A stretch of DNA of 64,000 nt from Candidatus Poribacteria bacterium (GCA_046582655.1 JAYGDX010000346.1:32001-96000); one strand, 5' to 3'. Shown: positions 21,142 to 33,001, counted from the first letter of the stretch. The notes: generated by a model not told the origin, from the letters alone. A program made the numbers and translations.

Positions 21142-21795
21142 ATGAACGCTGTTGATATTAAAGTAGCGGTGGTTACAGGGAAACACGCATTTGATATCCC
21201 AGGATTTCAGCATATGTTTACCCATATGTCTAATATGGATTTTTACTTACAGGATCTTGAGAATTTCGTCGTCGATGCAGGGAAATTTAATGACGATTAT
21301 GATGTTGTCCTTTTTTACAATTTCCATCAACCAACGCCCGTTACTGGTGAACAGAACGGATCTCAAATTCTGAATTCCATAAACAGGTTGGTTGAAAACG
21401 GACAGGGAATCTTTGTGCTGCATCATGCTATTTTGGCATTTCCCAATTGGGATACGTGGAGTCAAATTGTGGGAATTACCGACCGAAGGTTTGGGTATCA
21501 TGGTAACCAGACTGTTCAGACAGATCTCATTAATGACAGTCATCCGATTACATATAGTCTGAAGTCATGGAGAATGATTGACGAAACTTATACCATGAAC
21601 GAAGTGGGGGATGATAGTCAAGCCCTAATAGCGATTGATCACGTAAATAGTATGCGGACAGTTGGGTGGACGCGACATTATGGAAATGGTCGTGTATTCT
21701 GTTACCAATCTGGACATGATAATCAGGCATTTTCCAATCCAAATTTCCGGACGATTGTGTTTCGAGGAATTCAGTGGCTGGCAAAGTGTATTTAA
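21142..21795 (+). CDS. ThuA-like domain protein
   Basis: VVTGKHAFD, GIFVLHHA, HPIT..DETY, GWTRHYGNGRVFCYQSGHD. Confidence 0.85.
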   Translation: MNAVDIKVAVVTGKHAFDIPGFQHMFTHMSNMDFYLQDLENFVVDAGKFNDDYDVVLFYNFHQPTPVTGEQNGSQILNSINRLVENGQGIFVLHHAILAFPNWDTWSQIVGITDRRFGYHGNQTVQTDLINDSHPITYSLKSWRMIDETYTMNEVGDDSQALIAIDHVNSMRTVGWTRHYGNGRVFCYQSGHDNQAFSNPNFRTIVFRGIQWLAKCI

Positions 21796-22064
21796 TTCAT
21801 TCGTTAGCTTTGCATGTATTCAAAAACAAACCAATCGCGCTTAGCTAAGGAGCATCTTCAACTGCTGGATGTCAAAATACAATAAAATAAACAAATTTCA
21901 GTGTTGATTTATTGGAACGATTTAAGTTGGCAGCTGTTTGGGCAAGAGCATACATAGTCCGTCAACTAGAATAAGTTTTTGATAGTGGAAGGTACACGTG
22001 TGGTTTCGTTGGGACAGCGAGGTATAGGGGGATGGGAATGTCAGGAAAATTCGTATAGAATTTG

Positions 22065-22093
22065 TTGACTTTACTAAAATAATATTATACAAT
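22065..22093 (+). promoter_or_regulatory. Putative sigma70 promoter of rpoB-rpoC
   Basis: TTGACT-N17-TACAAT ending 71 nt before the rpoB start. Confidence 0.65.
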
Positions 22094-22164
22094 AGCCCGT
22101 TTTGTTAGCATCCAAACTGTTATTTTGAAAAGCTTTCCAAAATCTAGCTTTATGAGGTGGGAAC

Positions 22165-25100
22165 ATGTCGGCGAACAATCAGTTTTGCAAACGCGAACGT
22201 CTCTCGTTTGCAAAGATTGGAGATATTGAAGAAACGCTTCCGGATCTTGTAGAAATTCAAAGGAAATCTTATGATGGTTTTTTGCAACGAAATGTAGCCT
22301 CTGCAAAAAGAGAGAGTGTTGGCTTACAAGCAATGTTTGAGGACATATTTCCAATTGACGATTTTAATGGGATTACAACTCTGGATTTTATTGAATATTC
22401 GTTAGGTACCCCTAAATATGATATCGATGAATGTCAATATAGAGGTTTCAGTTATTCCGTTCCGTTAAAGGCCATATTGTCCTTGACACTTAGAGAAGGT
22501 CGGGAAGGTAGTGAAAATGACGCAATAATTGATATTAAAGAGTCAGAGGTTTACATGGGGGACTTACCATTGATGACTGAAAATGGGACATTCGTTATTA
22601 ATGGTGCTGAACGCGTAATTGTTAGCCAATTACATAGATCGCCTGGTTCCAGTTTTGGACAAGTGGCCCATCCAAGTGGGCATAAATTACTCAATGCCAA
22701 GATTATTCCCTACCGTGGTGCATGGATTGAATTTGAATATGATATTAAAGATCTAATTTATGTGCGTTTAGATCGCCGTAAAAAGATGTTTGTCACAATT
22801 TTACTCCGCGCGATCGGTTGGGAAACAGATGAGGAAATTCTGAAACTCTTTGCTAAGACTGAGGAGGTGTCTACTAAAGACAATATTGAAGGCCGGATTA
22901 TTGCGGGTCCAGTCGTTGATACTAGTACGGGCGAGATACTAGCTGAACCGAACACTGAGATTGATAGTGAACTCCTAGAAGAGTGGCGCGAATTGGGTGT
23001 TAAAATTATTGAAGTGCTGGATGTAGCAGATGCAGCAGATATATCCTTTTTGAGAAACACGCTTGCAAAGGATATTGAGAAGGCAGAAGAGTCTGGGGGA
23101 TATAAACAGTTTTCTGACAACCCAAGAATTAAGGAAAAAGCATTAATTGAAATTTTTCGAAAGTTGCGGCCGGGTGACCCGCCAACTCTTGAAAGCGCCA
23201 GAAGCCTGTTTGAAAAGATGTATTTCGATCCTGTCCGTTTTGACTTGGCGGATGTTGGTCGCCATAAACTCAACAATAAGCTGGGCGACATTGATGGCTA
23301 TAAGGGTGAATCCGAAGAGGACCCAACTGGTCGTGTTCTGCGTAACGAGGATATTGTTGCCACACTCAAATATATGTTGAAGATACAAAGCAAAGCGAAC
23401 ATTGGTGATATTGATTATACCAAGGATGATATCGATCACCTTGGTAATCGTCGTGTCCGGGCTGTTGGTGAGTTAATAATGAATCAGGTTCGCGTTGGAT
23501 TGTTGCGGGTAGCGCGTGCAACTCGTGAGAAAATGACAATTTCTCAGGAACTGGAAGATATGACACCAGTTGATATTATCAATCCCAAACCATTGTCAGC
23601 TGCGATTAAAGATTTCTTTGGATCAAGTCAACTCTCCCAATTCATGCAGCAGATTAATCCTCTTGATGCGTTAACTCATAAACGTCGGTTAAGTGCTTTA
23701 GGACCTGGTGGTTTGCACAGGGAGCGTGCAACCTTTGAAGTTCGTGATGTTCATCGAACGCATTATGGTCGTGTATGTCCGATTGAAACGCCTGAAGGAC
23801 CTTCTGTTGGTTTGATCGTGTCTCTTGGCACCTACGCTCGTGTTAATAAATATGGGTTCTTGGAAACTCCCTATCGTGTAGTTAAAAAAGGTAGAATCAC
23901 AAATCAGACGGATTATCTAACTGCTGATAAGGAGGATCAGTACGTCATCGCACAGGCGAATACAGAAATGGATGATAAAGGGAATTTGATAGGTGAAGAA
24001 AAAGATGATCGGGTAATGGTCCGATTAGGTGAAGAGTTTGTACGGAAACTCCCCCAAGAGGTTGACTATATCGATGTGTCTCCTAAACAGATTGTTGGGG
24101 TTTCAGCTGCATTGATTCCATTCCTCGAACATGATGATGCCAATCGTGCGCTTATGGGAAGCAATATGCAACGTCAGGCAGTTCCACTAATCTTGCCAAA
24201 AGCACCTCTGGTTGGAACTGGTATGGAGTATAAAGCCGCCACGGATTCTGGGGCAGTAGTTTTGGCCAAACAGAATGGTATTGTCGAGCGGGTATCCGCT
24301 TCAGAAATTATTGTTCGGACGGAGTTTTCAGACTTTGTTGATGATGGTGAACAGTCTTTTTCGGAAATGGGTTATGATACCTATAAACTGCAAAATTTTA
24401 AGCGTACCAACAACGCCACCTGCTATCATCAGCGGCCATGTGTCGAGGTTGGGGAAGTCATTAAGCAGGGAGAAACTATTGCTGATGGTGCATCGACTGA
24501 GTTGGGTGAACTAGCCCTCGGGAATAATTTGCTTGTGGCATTTATGCCTTGGGAGGGATATAACTTCGAGGATGCTATTCTTCTGAGTGAGTCTCTTGTG
24601 CAGGATGATATATTGACATCAATTCATATCGATGAGTTTGAGGTTGAAGCACGTGACACCAAAATGGGGAATGAAGAGATTACAAATGATATTCCGAATT
24701 TGTCTGAGGAAGCATTAAGTCAACTTGATGATGAAGGGATTATTCGAGTTGGTTCAATCGTTGAACCAGGAATTATTCTGGTTGGTAAAGTAACGCCAAA
24801 AGCTGAAAGTGATCTCGGGCCTGAAGAAAAATTGTTGCGGGCAATATTTGGTGAAAAAGTCGGTGAATATCGAGACGCCTCCTCCTATGCAAAACCTGGT
24901 GTGCAGGGAGTCATAATTGATGTTAAAGTTTTCTCCCGAAAAGAAAAGGATAAAGATCGTCAAACCCAACTCCGTGAGGATGCGAAGGTGAAAGAAATTG
25001 AACAAAAATGCCAGGAGAAATGTGCCTTCATTAGACAACGAAGAGATGAAGAAATTCACAACAAATTGATTGGTCAAATGTTAACTGAACCGATTCATGA

Positions 25101-26085
25101 TGGGATCGGTTTTATAGCACAGACCGGGGATATAATCACTCAGGAACTGCTAGATACTGTTCAGAATAAAAAAATAACGCTCAATTTTATTTTCGTTGAA
25201 GATCAAGATGTAATCTTGCATTGTCAGCAGATTCAAGAACTGGCAAATCTTCGAATAGCTGCACACACTCATGGCAAGGACGATCGAATTCAGAAGTTAC
25301 GTAGAGGTGATGAATTAAAACCAGGCGTAATAAAACTAGTAAAAGTTTATATCGCCAATCGCCGAAAGATATCTGTCGGCGATAAAATGGCGGGACGGCA
25401 CGGAAACAAGGGTGTTGTAGCCAAGATTTTGCCGAAAGAGGATATGCCGTATCTTGAGGATGGAACGCCGATTGACGTGGTTCTCAATCCGCTTGGAGTT
25501 CCGTCACGTATGAATGTCGGCCAAGTTTTGGAAACACACCTCGGGTGGGCTGCACATCAACTGGGACTTCATATTGCAACCCCTGTTTTTGACGGAGCAA
25601 CAGAGGGGGAAATTGCTGAAAAGCTTGAAGAAGCAGGCTTACCCAGGTCCGGAAAAACAAAGCTGTATGATGGTCGAACTGGAATTTCATTTTATCAGGA
25701 TGTAACTGTTGGATACGCTTACATGATGAAACTCAACCACCTTGTTGACGACAAAATTCATGCGCGAAGCACTGGACCATACTCGTTAGTTACCCAGCAG
25801 CCTCTTGGTGGGAAAGCGCAACAAGGAGGGCAGCGTCTGGGAGAAATGGAGGTTTGGGCTCTGGAGGCCTATGGGGCAGCTTATACTTTGCAAGAACTCT
25901 TGACCATTAAGTCGGATGATGTGAATGGTCGAAGCAAAATCTATGAAACTGTTGTCAAAGGTGAAAATGCGCCTCGACCAGGTACACCCGAATCCTTCAA
26001 TGTTTTAATCAAAGAATTGCAGAGTTTATGCCTTGATGTTAACTTGGGGAAGAAGGAATCAGAGGATGTGAACGCTTTACGTTAA
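22165..26085 (+). CDS. rpoB: DNA-directed RNA polymerase subunit beta
   Basis: [59 protein letters not shown]. Confidence 0.99.
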   Translation: MSANNQFCKRERLSFAKIGDIEETLPDLVEIQRKSYDGFLQRNVASAKRESVGLQAMFEDIFPIDDFNGITTLDFIEYSLGTPKYDIDECQYRGFSYSVPLKAILSLTLREGREGSENDAIIDIKESEVYMGDLPLMTENGTFVINGAERVIVSQLHRSPGSSFGQVAHPSGHKLLNAKIIPYRGAWIEFEYDIKDLIYVRLDRRKKMFVTILLRAIGWETDEEILKLFAKTEEVSTKDNIEGRIIAGPVVDTSTGEILAEPNTEIDSELLEEWRELGVKIIEVLDVADAADISFLRNTLAKDIEKAEESGGYKQFSDNPRIKEKALIEIFRKLRPGDPPTLESARSLFEKMYFDPVRFDLADVGRHKLNNKLGDIDGYKGESEEDPTGRVLRNEDIVATLKYMLKIQSKANIGDIDYTKDDIDHLGNRRVRAVGELIMNQVRVGLLRVARATREKMTISQELEDMTPVDIINPKPLSAAIKDFFGSSQLSQFMQQINPLDALTHKRRLSALGPGGLHRERATFEVRDVHRTHYGRVCPIETPEGPSVGLIVSLGTYARVNKYGFLETPYRVVKKGRITNQTDYLTADKEDQYVIAQANTEMDDKGNLIGEEKDDRVMVRLGEEFVRKLPQEVDYIDVSPKQIVGVSAALIPFLEHDDANRALMGSNMQRQAVPLILPKAPLVGTGMEYKAATDSGAVVLAKQNGIVERVSASEIIVRTEFSDFVDDGEQSFSEMGYDTYKLQNFKRTNNATCYHQRPCVEVGEVIKQGETIADGASTELGELALGNNLLVAFMPWEGYNFEDAILLSESLVQDDILTSIHIDEFEVEARDTKMGNEEITNDIPNLSEEALSQLDDEGIIRVGSIVEPGIILVGKVTPKAESDLGPEEKLLRAIFGEKVGEYRDASSYAKPGVQGVIIDVKVFSRKEKDKDRQTQLREDAKVKEIEQKCQEKCAFIRQRRDEEIHNKLIGQMLTEPIHDGIGFIAQTGDIITQELLDTVQNKKITLNFIFVEDQDVILHCQQIQELANLRIAAHTHGKDDRIQKLRRGDELKPGVIKLVKVYIANRRKISVGDKMAGRHGNKGVVAKILPKEDMPYLEDGTPIDVVLNPLGVPSRMNVGQVLETHLGWAAHQLGLHIATPVFDGATEGEIAEKLEEAGLPRSGKTKLYDGRTGISFYQDVTVGYAYMMKLNHLVDDKIHARSTGPYSLVTQQPLGGKAQQGGQRLGEMEVWALEAYGAAYTLQELLTIKSDDVNGRSKIYETVVKGENAPRPGTPESFNVLIKELQSLCLDVNLGKKESEDVNALR

Positions 26086-26192
26086 GTTTGTAGATACATA
26101 GGTGATTTCTAGAGAGCAATGCCTTTACTTAACTAAATTATTTGGTGCACCATTATGTGCTTGTAAATTATATATAATTAGGGGATATTATC

Positions 26193-29100
26193 TTGAATAA
26201 GAACCTCAATAAGAAGAACCTCAACGATTTTGATTCAATTTCTATAAAAATAGCGGCGCCGGAGCAAATCCGAGGGTGGGCAAAAGCGTCCCTGTCCAAA
26301 CCCATGCCTTCTAGTATAAATAAGACAAATTTTGGCGAAGTAAAGAAACCTGAAACAATTAATTATCGAACTTTTAAACCTGAGCGGGATGGTCTGTTTT
26401 GCGAAGCTATTTTCGGGCCGGTGAAGAATTGGGAGTGTCAGTGCGGAAAATATAAGCGTATTAAGCATAAAGATCAAATCTGTGACCGGTGTGGTGTTGA
26501 GGTAACGGAATCGAAAGTCCGGCGTGAAAGGATGGGATATATTGAACTGGCGGCGCCGGTATCACACGTATGGTTTTTCAAGGGACTTCCATCTCGAATC
26601 GGTTTGTTTCTGGATCTATCCCTTCGTGTTCTGGAACGTATAATTTATTATGAGTCGTATCTTGTTCTTGAAGTTGAAGGAAATCTAACACTTTCCGTAA
26701 CCGATGATGAATCAATTTCTAAGAAAAAAAGTGGCGCTGAGTATTTACAAGTCGGACAGGTACTGTCTGAAGCAGAATACATCCAATGGAAGACGGACTA
26801 CCCAACTGAATTTCGTGCTGGTATGGGGGCCGACTCTATACGAGAGCTGCTTGAAAAGATTGATCTTGAGGAGGAGGAACAGGATCTTCGCCAACAACTT
26901 GCAGCCTCCTCGAGCAAACAAAAGAAGAAGAAACTCGTCAAACGACTTCAGCTTGTTACCGGGTTTAAGAAGGCTGGTAACCGACCGGAATGGATGATTT
27001 TAGAGGTTATCCCTGTTATTTCACCGGATCTTCGTCCGCTCGTTGCTTTGGATGGGGGGCGGTTTGCCACAAGTGATTTAAATGACTTATACCGTCGTGT
27101 TATTAATAGAAATAATCGCCTCAAGCGGTTAATGGAACTTCATGCGCCTGAAGTTATTATTCGGAATGAAAAACGGATGTTGCAGGAGGCGGTTGATGCT
27201 CTGATTGATAATGGTCGACATGGTCGGGTTGTACGTGGTCCCGGGACGCGGCCATTAAAGTCGCTATCTGATATGCTAAAAGGGAAAGTTGGGCGTTTCC
27301 GTCAAAACCTTCTGGGTAAACGCGTAGATTATTCTGGGCGAAGTGTTATTGTCGTTGGCCCTGAATTGCAGTTGCATCAATGTGGAATTCCGAAAGAGAT
27401 GGCTGTTGAACTGTTCAAGCCATTTATCATCCGAAAACTTCAAGAACGCAATTATGCCCAAACGATCAAAAAAGCAAAGACCATGACAGAGAATATGTCT
27501 CCGAAAGTATGGGAAGTACTTGAGGAAGTTATTGAAGGTCACCCTGTTCTGCTGAACCGGGCGCCCACGCTTCACCGCCTAGGAATACAGGCGTTTGAAC
27601 CGCAGCTTGTTGAAGGGCGAGCAATCCGAATCCATCCTCTCGTCTGTAAGGCTTTTAACGCCGATTTCGATGGGGATCAAATGGCTGTTCATCTGCCGCT
27701 TAGTGTGGAGGCGCAAATTGAAGCTAAACTTCTGATGATGGCTTCTCGCAATGTGCTAAAGCCTGCTCATGGTCGCCCTATTGCTGTGCCCGATCTTGAT
27801 ATTGTTTTAGGATGTAGTTTTCTTACGAAAACTGTTCCTCTCTCAACCAATGGTCATCCGATACGCAGTTTCAGAGATCAGGATGAGGCAATTTTTGCCC
27901 ATGAGCACGGAAGTCTTGAACTCCACGAGTCTGTTAACCTTTATTTTGATAAAGAAAAGGTATTGGGTGAAAATGGAGATGCTAAGTCTTTGTTATGTGC
28001 TAAGCTTTTTAGCGACAAAAGGTATGCCAAGCTTTTTGCTGATAAAAAGACTGAAAAGCTTTTTAAAAAAGCTATTGATACCGGTGAAAACGTAAAAAAT
28101 GAGATTGAGGATGAGCTTAAGCTTGCATTAAAAGTTAAAGAAGCTAAAGAAAAATCTTTGTTATGTGCCAAGCTTTTTAGCGACAAAAAGTATGTCACGC
28201 TTTTTGCTGAAGTCGAAGAAGAAGCAGGAAAGCCAATTCTAACCACTGTTGGTCGTATCAAATTCAATCAGGTTGTTCCAGATGGATTATTGTTTGAAGA
28301 TTCTGAAACTGGTCGAAACCTTCCATTCGTTAATCAAGAAATGCATGCTAGTGAATTGTCCGATCTAGTCTCTCGTTGTTTTTATGAAATTGGTAACCGA
28401 AGAACGGTTGGGTTTCTGCATGAGCTTAAGGAATTGGGATTCCATTATGCGACCATCTCCGGAATTTCGATTGGTATTCAGGATATGATTATTCCTAAAC
28501 GCAAAAAAGAAATGCTGGATGAGGCATGGGTAGATGTATCTCAGATTGAGTCAGACTTCCAGAAGGGGTTGATGAGTGGTGGCGAACGCTACAATAGGGT
28601 AGTTGATATCTGGCGTGGTTTGATCAGCCGGATAGAAGACGCGCTTTTTGAAGAATTGAAAAAAGATGGTGAGGTTGAGGGATTTAATCCTGTTCATATT
28701 ATGGCAAATTCCGGTGCACGGAGTAAAAGAGAGCCTATTCGTCAAATCAGTGGGCTGCGTGGACTGATGGCTAAGCCTTCTGGGGAAATTATTGAGCATC
28801 CAATCGAATCTTGCTTCCGTGAAGGACTGTCTGTTCTAGAATACTTCATCTCGACTCACGGTGCCAGAAAGGGGCTGGCTGATACTGCTATTAAAACTGC
28901 CAGCAGTGGGTATCTAACCAGGAAATTGGTTGATGTGGCGCAGGATAATATGATCACTGTATATGACTGTGGAACCCTTAACGGTATAATCAAAAATAGT
29001 GGTGAAGATGACGACCAGGAATTATCAGAGCGTGTTATGGGGCGATATCCCGCTGAGGAAGTCACAGATCCTGACACAGGGGAAATTATTGTCGGCAGAG

Positions 29101-31253
29101 ATCAAATTATTAGCCACGAAGAAGCTGGGTTTATTCGTGAAGCCGCTGTTTCTGAAATCAAAGTGCGTTCTCCGCTAACTTGTGAAGCAAAGGGGTCTGG
29201 ACTCTGCGTCAAGTGCTACGGAGCAGATCTTTCGAATGGTCAACCAGTTGATATAGGAGAAGCTGTTGGGATTATAGCTGCTCAGTCAATCGGTGAGCCG
29301 GGAACGCAGTTAACGATGCGTACCTTCCACACTGGAGGTACAGTAAGTGGGGAAGTCGAATCTAGAATTCTTGCAAATAATAGTGGGAAAGTTAAGCTTA
29401 GTGATGATATTGACACTGTCATTCCTCAAAGCACAAAGATAAATAGCGTAATGTCTCGAAACGCGGAATTGAAAATCATTGATCCCAAAACAGAACGTGA
29501 ACTGTGGAGCCGAAAACTTCCAACCGGAGCTCGCCTTTTGGTAAAGGAAGGAGATGAAATATTAAAGGGCGATCCGCTTTTTGAATCAGATCCTTATGAA
29601 CCCATATTTGCTCGGGATAAGGGAATTGCTTACTTTAGGAATGTTGAGCAAAATGTAAATCAAGAAGTCGATAAAAGTAGCGGGATGTCTGAACAGGTGA
29701 TTGGTGATTATAAAGATGACTTACCAGAAATTTTGGTACATCCTGAAGATGTATCTGAAATAAGTTTGTCTGATAAAGATACAATAGCTATTGGAAACAC
29801 ACCGGAAATTGCTAAACAGTATCTTAAAGAATGCAAGCAAACTGGTAATAATAAGGCTGCTAGTCTTCAGTTTTTGAAAAGGGCGTTGATCATTGAAGAC
29901 TTAGTGGATCAAGAAGATCGAATTATTGTTCCAGCTAATAGTGTTATTGATCCGGAAAATGAAAAAGTAGCGGATCAAATTTTAAAAGTATTGGGTCAAA
30001 ATAGAGATGATAAGTCTCCTTTGCTTGACAAGCTCTTTGGTGACAAAAAGTATGCCAAGCTTTTTGATGAAGTCGAAGAAGCTTCAGAAGGGGAGTTGTC
30101 TGAAAAAGATGAGGCAGAAGAACAGTTAGCTAGTTCATTAGAAGTCGAAAAAAGATCTTTGTTATATGACAAGCTTGTTAGCGACAAAAAGTATGCTAAG
30201 CTTTTTGATGGTAACAAGACTGAAAGGCTTTTTAAGAGAGCTATTGATTCCGGTAAAAATGTAGAAGGTAAGATTAGAGGCAAGCTTGAGGCTGCCGAAA
30301 AACCAGACAAAACTATTAAAGTTCGTAAGTGTTTGGGCTACTACCCACTCCCAACGGGTGCTCATATGTCTACTATAAAAGATGGGGATTCGGTCGATAG
30401 AGGAGATGTTTTAGCGCGCCTTCCTTTTGAAGCTTCAAAGAGTAGTGATATCGTAAGTGGTCTTCCACGTGTGACGGAGTTATTTGAAGCTCGAAAACCG
30501 AAGGACGCAGCTTTTATCGCTACCATTGATGGAAAGATTCATCTTCAGGGGATTAGCCGAGGAATGCGTGTTCTGAAAATTATTAATCCGGAGACTGATC
30601 TTGAAAGTGAAACCTATCGAATTCCTGTGGGTAAGCATTTACACTTTCAAGAAGGGGAAGAGGTAAGATCCGGCGAACAATTGACAGATGGTCCAATTAA
30701 TCCGCATGATATCTTGTCTATTCAGGGCGAAGAGGCTGTTCAAAACTACTTGGTTAGCGAGGTCCAGAAGGTCTATCGTGCACAGGGAGAGCGGATTAAT
30801 GACAAGCATATTGAAACGGTTATCCGGCAGATGCTAGGTAAGGTGGAGATTGGCGAACCAGGTGATACAGAGTTTCTTGGTGAGGAAGAAGTTGATCGAT
30901 TGATTTTCCATGCCATGAATAGTAAAACTAGAGAAGAAGGTGGTGAGGAGGCTAGCGCCAAAGTTATCTTGCAAGGTATTACAAAAGCTGCTCTCTCAAC
31001 CGAAAGTTTTGTGTCTGCTGCTTCTTTTCAACAAACGACTTCTGTTCTTACCAAAGCGTCTGCCATCGGTAAAAAAGACTATCTCAGAGGTTTGAAAGAG
31101 AATGTAATTATGGGGCATCTGATTCCGGCTGGTACTGGACTCCCCCGTTTTAAATCGATTGAAGTTTCAGAACGGAAACTGCCCCGAGAGGAAGAAGCAA
31201 TCATAGCAGAAGATTTAGTTGTCGGTGACTCGGAGCAGATCCCAGCGGATTAG
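26193..31253 (+). CDS. rpoC: DNA-directed RNA polymerase subunit beta' (1686 aa, with lineage-specific insertions)
   Basis: N-terminal Zn finger, [12 protein letters not shown] catalytic motif, [17 protein letters not shown]. Confidence 0.99.
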   Translation: MNKNLNKKNLNDFDSISIKIAAPEQIRGWAKASLSKPMPSSINKTNFGEVKKPETINYRTFKPERDGLFCEAIFGPVKNWECQCGKYKRIKHKDQICDRCGVEVTESKVRRERMGYIELAAPVSHVWFFKGLPSRIGLFLDLSLRVLERIIYYESYLVLEVEGNLTLSVTDDESISKKKSGAEYLQVGQVLSEAEYIQWKTDYPTEFRAGMGADSIRELLEKIDLEEEEQDLRQQLAASSSKQKKKKLVKRLQLVTGFKKAGNRPEWMILEVIPVISPDLRPLVALDGGRFATSDLNDLYRRVINRNNRLKRLMELHAPEVIIRNEKRMLQEAVDALIDNGRHGRVVRGPGTRPLKSLSDMLKGKVGRFRQNLLGKRVDYSGRSVIVVGPELQLHQCGIPKEMAVELFKPFIIRKLQERNYAQTIKKAKTMTENMSPKVWEVLEEVIEGHPVLLNRAPTLHRLGIQAFEPQLVEGRAIRIHPLVCKAFNADFDGDQMAVHLPLSVEAQIEAKLLMMASRNVLKPAHGRPIAVPDLDIVLGCSFLTKTVPLSTNGHPIRSFRDQDEAIFAHEHGSLELHESVNLYFDKEKVLGENGDAKSLLCAKLFSDKRYAKLFADKKTEKLFKKAIDTGENVKNEIEDELKLALKVKEAKEKSLLCAKLFSDKKYVTLFAEVEEEAGKPILTTVGRIKFNQVVPDGLLFEDSETGRNLPFVNQEMHASELSDLVSRCFYEIGNRRTVGFLHELKELGFHYATISGISIGIQDMIIPKRKKEMLDEAWVDVSQIESDFQKGLMSGGERYNRVVDIWRGLISRIEDALFEELKKDGEVEGFNPVHIMANSGARSKREPIRQISGLRGLMAKPSGEIIEHPIESCFREGLSVLEYFISTHGARKGLADTAIKTASSGYLTRKLVDVAQDNMITVYDCGTLNGIIKNSGEDDDQELSERVMGRYPAEEVTDPDTGEIIVGRDQIISHEEAGFIREAAVSEIKVRSPLTCEAKGSGLCVKCYGADLSNGQPVDIGEAVGIIAAQSIGEPGTQLTMRTFHTGGTVSGEVESRILANNSGKVKLSDDIDTVIPQSTKINSVMSRNAELKIIDPKTERELWSRKLPTGARLLVKEGDEILKGDPLFESDPYEPIFARDKGIAYFRNVEQNVNQEVDKSSGMSEQVIGDYKDDLPEILVHPEDVSEISLSDKDTIAIGNTPEIAKQYLKECKQTGNNKAASLQFLKRALIIEDLVDQEDRIIVPANSVIDPENEKVADQILKVLGQNRDDKSPLLDKLFGDKKYAKLFDEVEEASEGELSEKDEAEEQLASSLEVEKRSLLYDKLVSDKKYAKLFDGNKTERLFKRAIDSGKNVEGKIRGKLEAAEKPDKTIKVRKCLGYYPLPTGAHMSTIKDGDSVDRGDVLARLPFEASKSSDIVSGLPRVTELFEARKPKDAAFIATIDGKIHLQGISRGMRVLKIINPETDLESETYRIPVGKHLHFQEGEEVRSGEQLTDGPINPHDILSIQGEEAVQNYLVSEVQKVYRAQGERINDKHIETVIRQMLGKVEIGEPGDTEFLGEEEVDRLIFHAMNSKTREEGGEEASAKVILQGITKAALSTESFVSAASFQQTTSVLTKASAIGKKDYLRGLKENVIMGHLIPAGTGLPRFKSIEVSERKLPREEEAIIAEDLVVGDSEQIPAD
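27984..28224 (+). repeat. In-frame KLF repeat insert 1 in rpoC (two copies, 168 bp apart)
   Basis: TCTTTGTTATGTGCnAAGCTTTTTAGCGACAAAAnGTATGnCAnGCTTTTTGCTGA at 27987 and 28155; 52/56 nt identical by manual count. Confidence 0.9.
30012..30295 (+). repeat. In-frame KLF repeat insert 2 in rpoC (two further copies)
   Basis: Copies at ~30012 and 30156; 30156-30263 matches 27987-28094 at 93/108 nt by manual count. Confidence 0.9.
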
Positions 31254-31273
31254 CTTTTTTAGTAGGTGATGCT

Positions 31274-32152
31274 ATCGATTCTGTATGTGTTCATGCGCAT
31301 GCGAAGATTAACTTACATCTTGAGGTTATTAGAAAGCGTGTAGATGGGTACCATGAAATCGAAACCATTTTTCATTCGCTGGCGCTGCATGACGATGTCG
31401 ATATTATAAAACGTTGTGACGCAAGAATTCGAGTTTCTTGCCATGACGCAAGAATTCCATCGGACAATCGGAATCTTGCATATCAGGCAGCGGAGTTGTT
31501 TTGCCAGCAAGTACCTACAACGGGCGGAATTGATATTAAAATAAAGAAGCGTATTCCTGTCGCTTCGGGACTGGCTGGTGGGAGCGCGGATGCTGCCGCA
31601 GTGCTTCTAGGTATGAACAAGCTCTTCGAATCAGGGTTAAATCTTGAAGGTTTAAAAAAAATCGGGTTAAGGTTGGGGGCAGATGTACCGTTTTGCCTGA
31701 CAGGTGGGGCTGCAGTTGGGCGTGGTGTTGGAGAAAATTTGACGACAATTTCTCCTTTGGAAGACGTTCCTATTCTACTTGTAAACCCCGGTCTGGAAAT
31801 TTCGGCTGCTTCAGCTTACCAAGGTTTGAATTTAGGATTATCCCGTCAACTAAGAGATGTTAGAATTAGTGCCAAGCATGTCAAAGAGGGTGATTTGGAA
31901 GAAGTATCTCAGTCACTATATAATTGTCTAGAAAGTTCAGTTTTCCAATCTTACCCAATCGTTGCGACTTTGAGGAATAAACTAGGTAGTTTGCCTGAAA
32001 GTTATGGTTCTCTTATGTCTGGCAGTGGTGCAACGGTATTCGCAATAATGCATAGTGACATAGAAACTGTCAAGTCTGCTGAGGTATTGAAAAGTAAATT
32101 TTCGACTTGTATAGCAACACACACAAGCCCGTTTGGATTGAAAATTGCTTGA
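31274..32152 (+). CDS. ispE: 4-diphosphocytidyl-2-C-methyl-D-erythritol kinase; apparent ATC start
   Basis: Frame is open from 31274 (IDSVCVHAHAKINLHLEV..DGYHEIET..NLAYQAA) into the ORF-track segment carrying IPVASGLAGGSADAA, GADVPF and MSGSG. Confidence 0.95.
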   Translation: MDSVCVHAHAKINLHLEVIRKRVDGYHEIETIFHSLALHDDVDIIKRCDARIRVSCHDARIPSDNRNLAYQAAELFCQQVPTTGGIDIKIKKRIPVASGLAGGSADAAAVLLGMNKLFESGLNLEGLKKIGLRLGADVPFCLTGGAAVGRGVGENLTTISPLEDVPILLVNPGLEISAASAYQGLNLGLSRQLRDVRISAKHVKEGDLEEVSQSLYNCLESSVFQSYPIVATLRNKLGSLPESYGSLMSGSGATVFAIMHSDIETVKSAEVLKSKFSTCIATHTSPFGLKIA

Positions 32153-32225
32153 TGGGCGGTCGCCAAGTGGCTAAGGCATCGGCCTTTGGAGCCGACATTC
32201 GTAGGTTCGAATCCTACCCGCCCAG
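32153..32225 (+). tRNA. tRNA-Gln (anticodon TTG); CCA not encoded
   Basis: Acceptor stem TGGGCGG/CCGCCCA, anticodon arm TCGGC-CTTTGGA-GCCGA, T-arm GTAGG-TTCGAAT-CCTAC. Confidence 0.95.
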
Positions 32226-32332
32226 TTTATATTCTTTATTCCAATATGCAATTTCACACAACCATGGCTAAGCGCAGAGCTGCGGTTCCTTTATATTCTA
32301 GGAAAGTTTAACGAATCGAGGAAAATTATTTA

Positions 32333-33001
32333 ATGAGGCAAGTAGAATTAGTAGTACAAAAACGGAATGCTTTTGGAAAGGGGGCAGCACGTACTCTCAG
32401 AAGATCTGGAATAATTCCAGGTATCTTATACGGCCGTGATCAGGATACCATGCCTGTTCAGATCAGCGAGCAAACCTTCAGACAATTTCTTCGTGCTAAT
32501 GGGAAGAATGCGCTTATTGGTCTGAATATTGATGAGTGCGGTACTGAATCTGTTCTGATCAAGGAGTTGCAGATACATCCAGTCAGGCGAAGTTTGATCC
32601 ATGCGGATTTTATACGGATTTCCTTAGATGAACCGGTCACAGCCCCAGTGCTAATGACGCTAGTAGGCTCCGCGCCAGGTGTCCTGGAAGGTGGGGTACT
32701 GACATTTTCTTTCCGTCAATTGTCAGTTAATTGTTTGCCCTTGCTCATTCCTGAAGAGATTCAAGTCGATATCGGTGAAATGAATATCGGTGACACAATT
32801 CGTGTTGAAGATATTGCCTTGGATGAGGGAATTGAAAAACTTGACGATTCGCAAACACAAATTGTATCTGTTGTCCCACCGATTATAGAAGTCGAGCCAG
32901 TTGAAGATGTTGAGGACATTGAAGGTCTTGAAGAAGGTGAAGAAGGTGAGCCAGTTGAAGGAGAAACACCTGAGCCTGAAGAAGAAACGGATGATGAATA
33001 A
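32333..33001 (+). CDS. rplY: 50S ribosomal protein L25/bL25 (Ctc form)
   Basis: GKGAARTLRRSGIIPGILYG, KELQIHPV..HADF, C-terminal domain and acidic tail. Confidence 0.97.
   Translation: MRQVELVVQKRNAFGKGAARTLRRSGIIPGILYGRDQDTMPVQISEQTFRQFLRANGKNALIGLNIDECGTESVLIKELQIHPVRRSLIHADFIRISLDEPVTAPVLMTLVGSAPGVLEGGVLTFSFRQLSVNCLPLLIPEEIQVDIGEMNIGDTIRVEDIALDEGIEKLDDSQTQIVSVVPPIIEVEPVEDVEDIEGLEEGEEGEPVEGETPEPEEETDDE

Noticed and set aside
27984..28224. rpoC repeats as a CRISPR array
   Set aside because: The copies are degenerate, in-frame coding and lack unique regular spacers; there are no cas genes in the window.
27984..30295. rpoC inserts as inteins or introns
   Set aside because: No Cys/Ser...His-Asn splice junction motifs, no endonuclease motifs and no interruption of the reading frame.
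22758..30961. Many antisense ORFs overlapping rpoB/rpoC (and similar ones elsewhere)
   Set aside because: Shadow ORFs of long real genes, with no independent coding signal.
31417..31457. 14-bp direct repeat TGACGCAAGAATTC with a small hairpin in ispE
   Set aside because: Only two copies within a variable coding loop (DARI twice); probably a local duplication.
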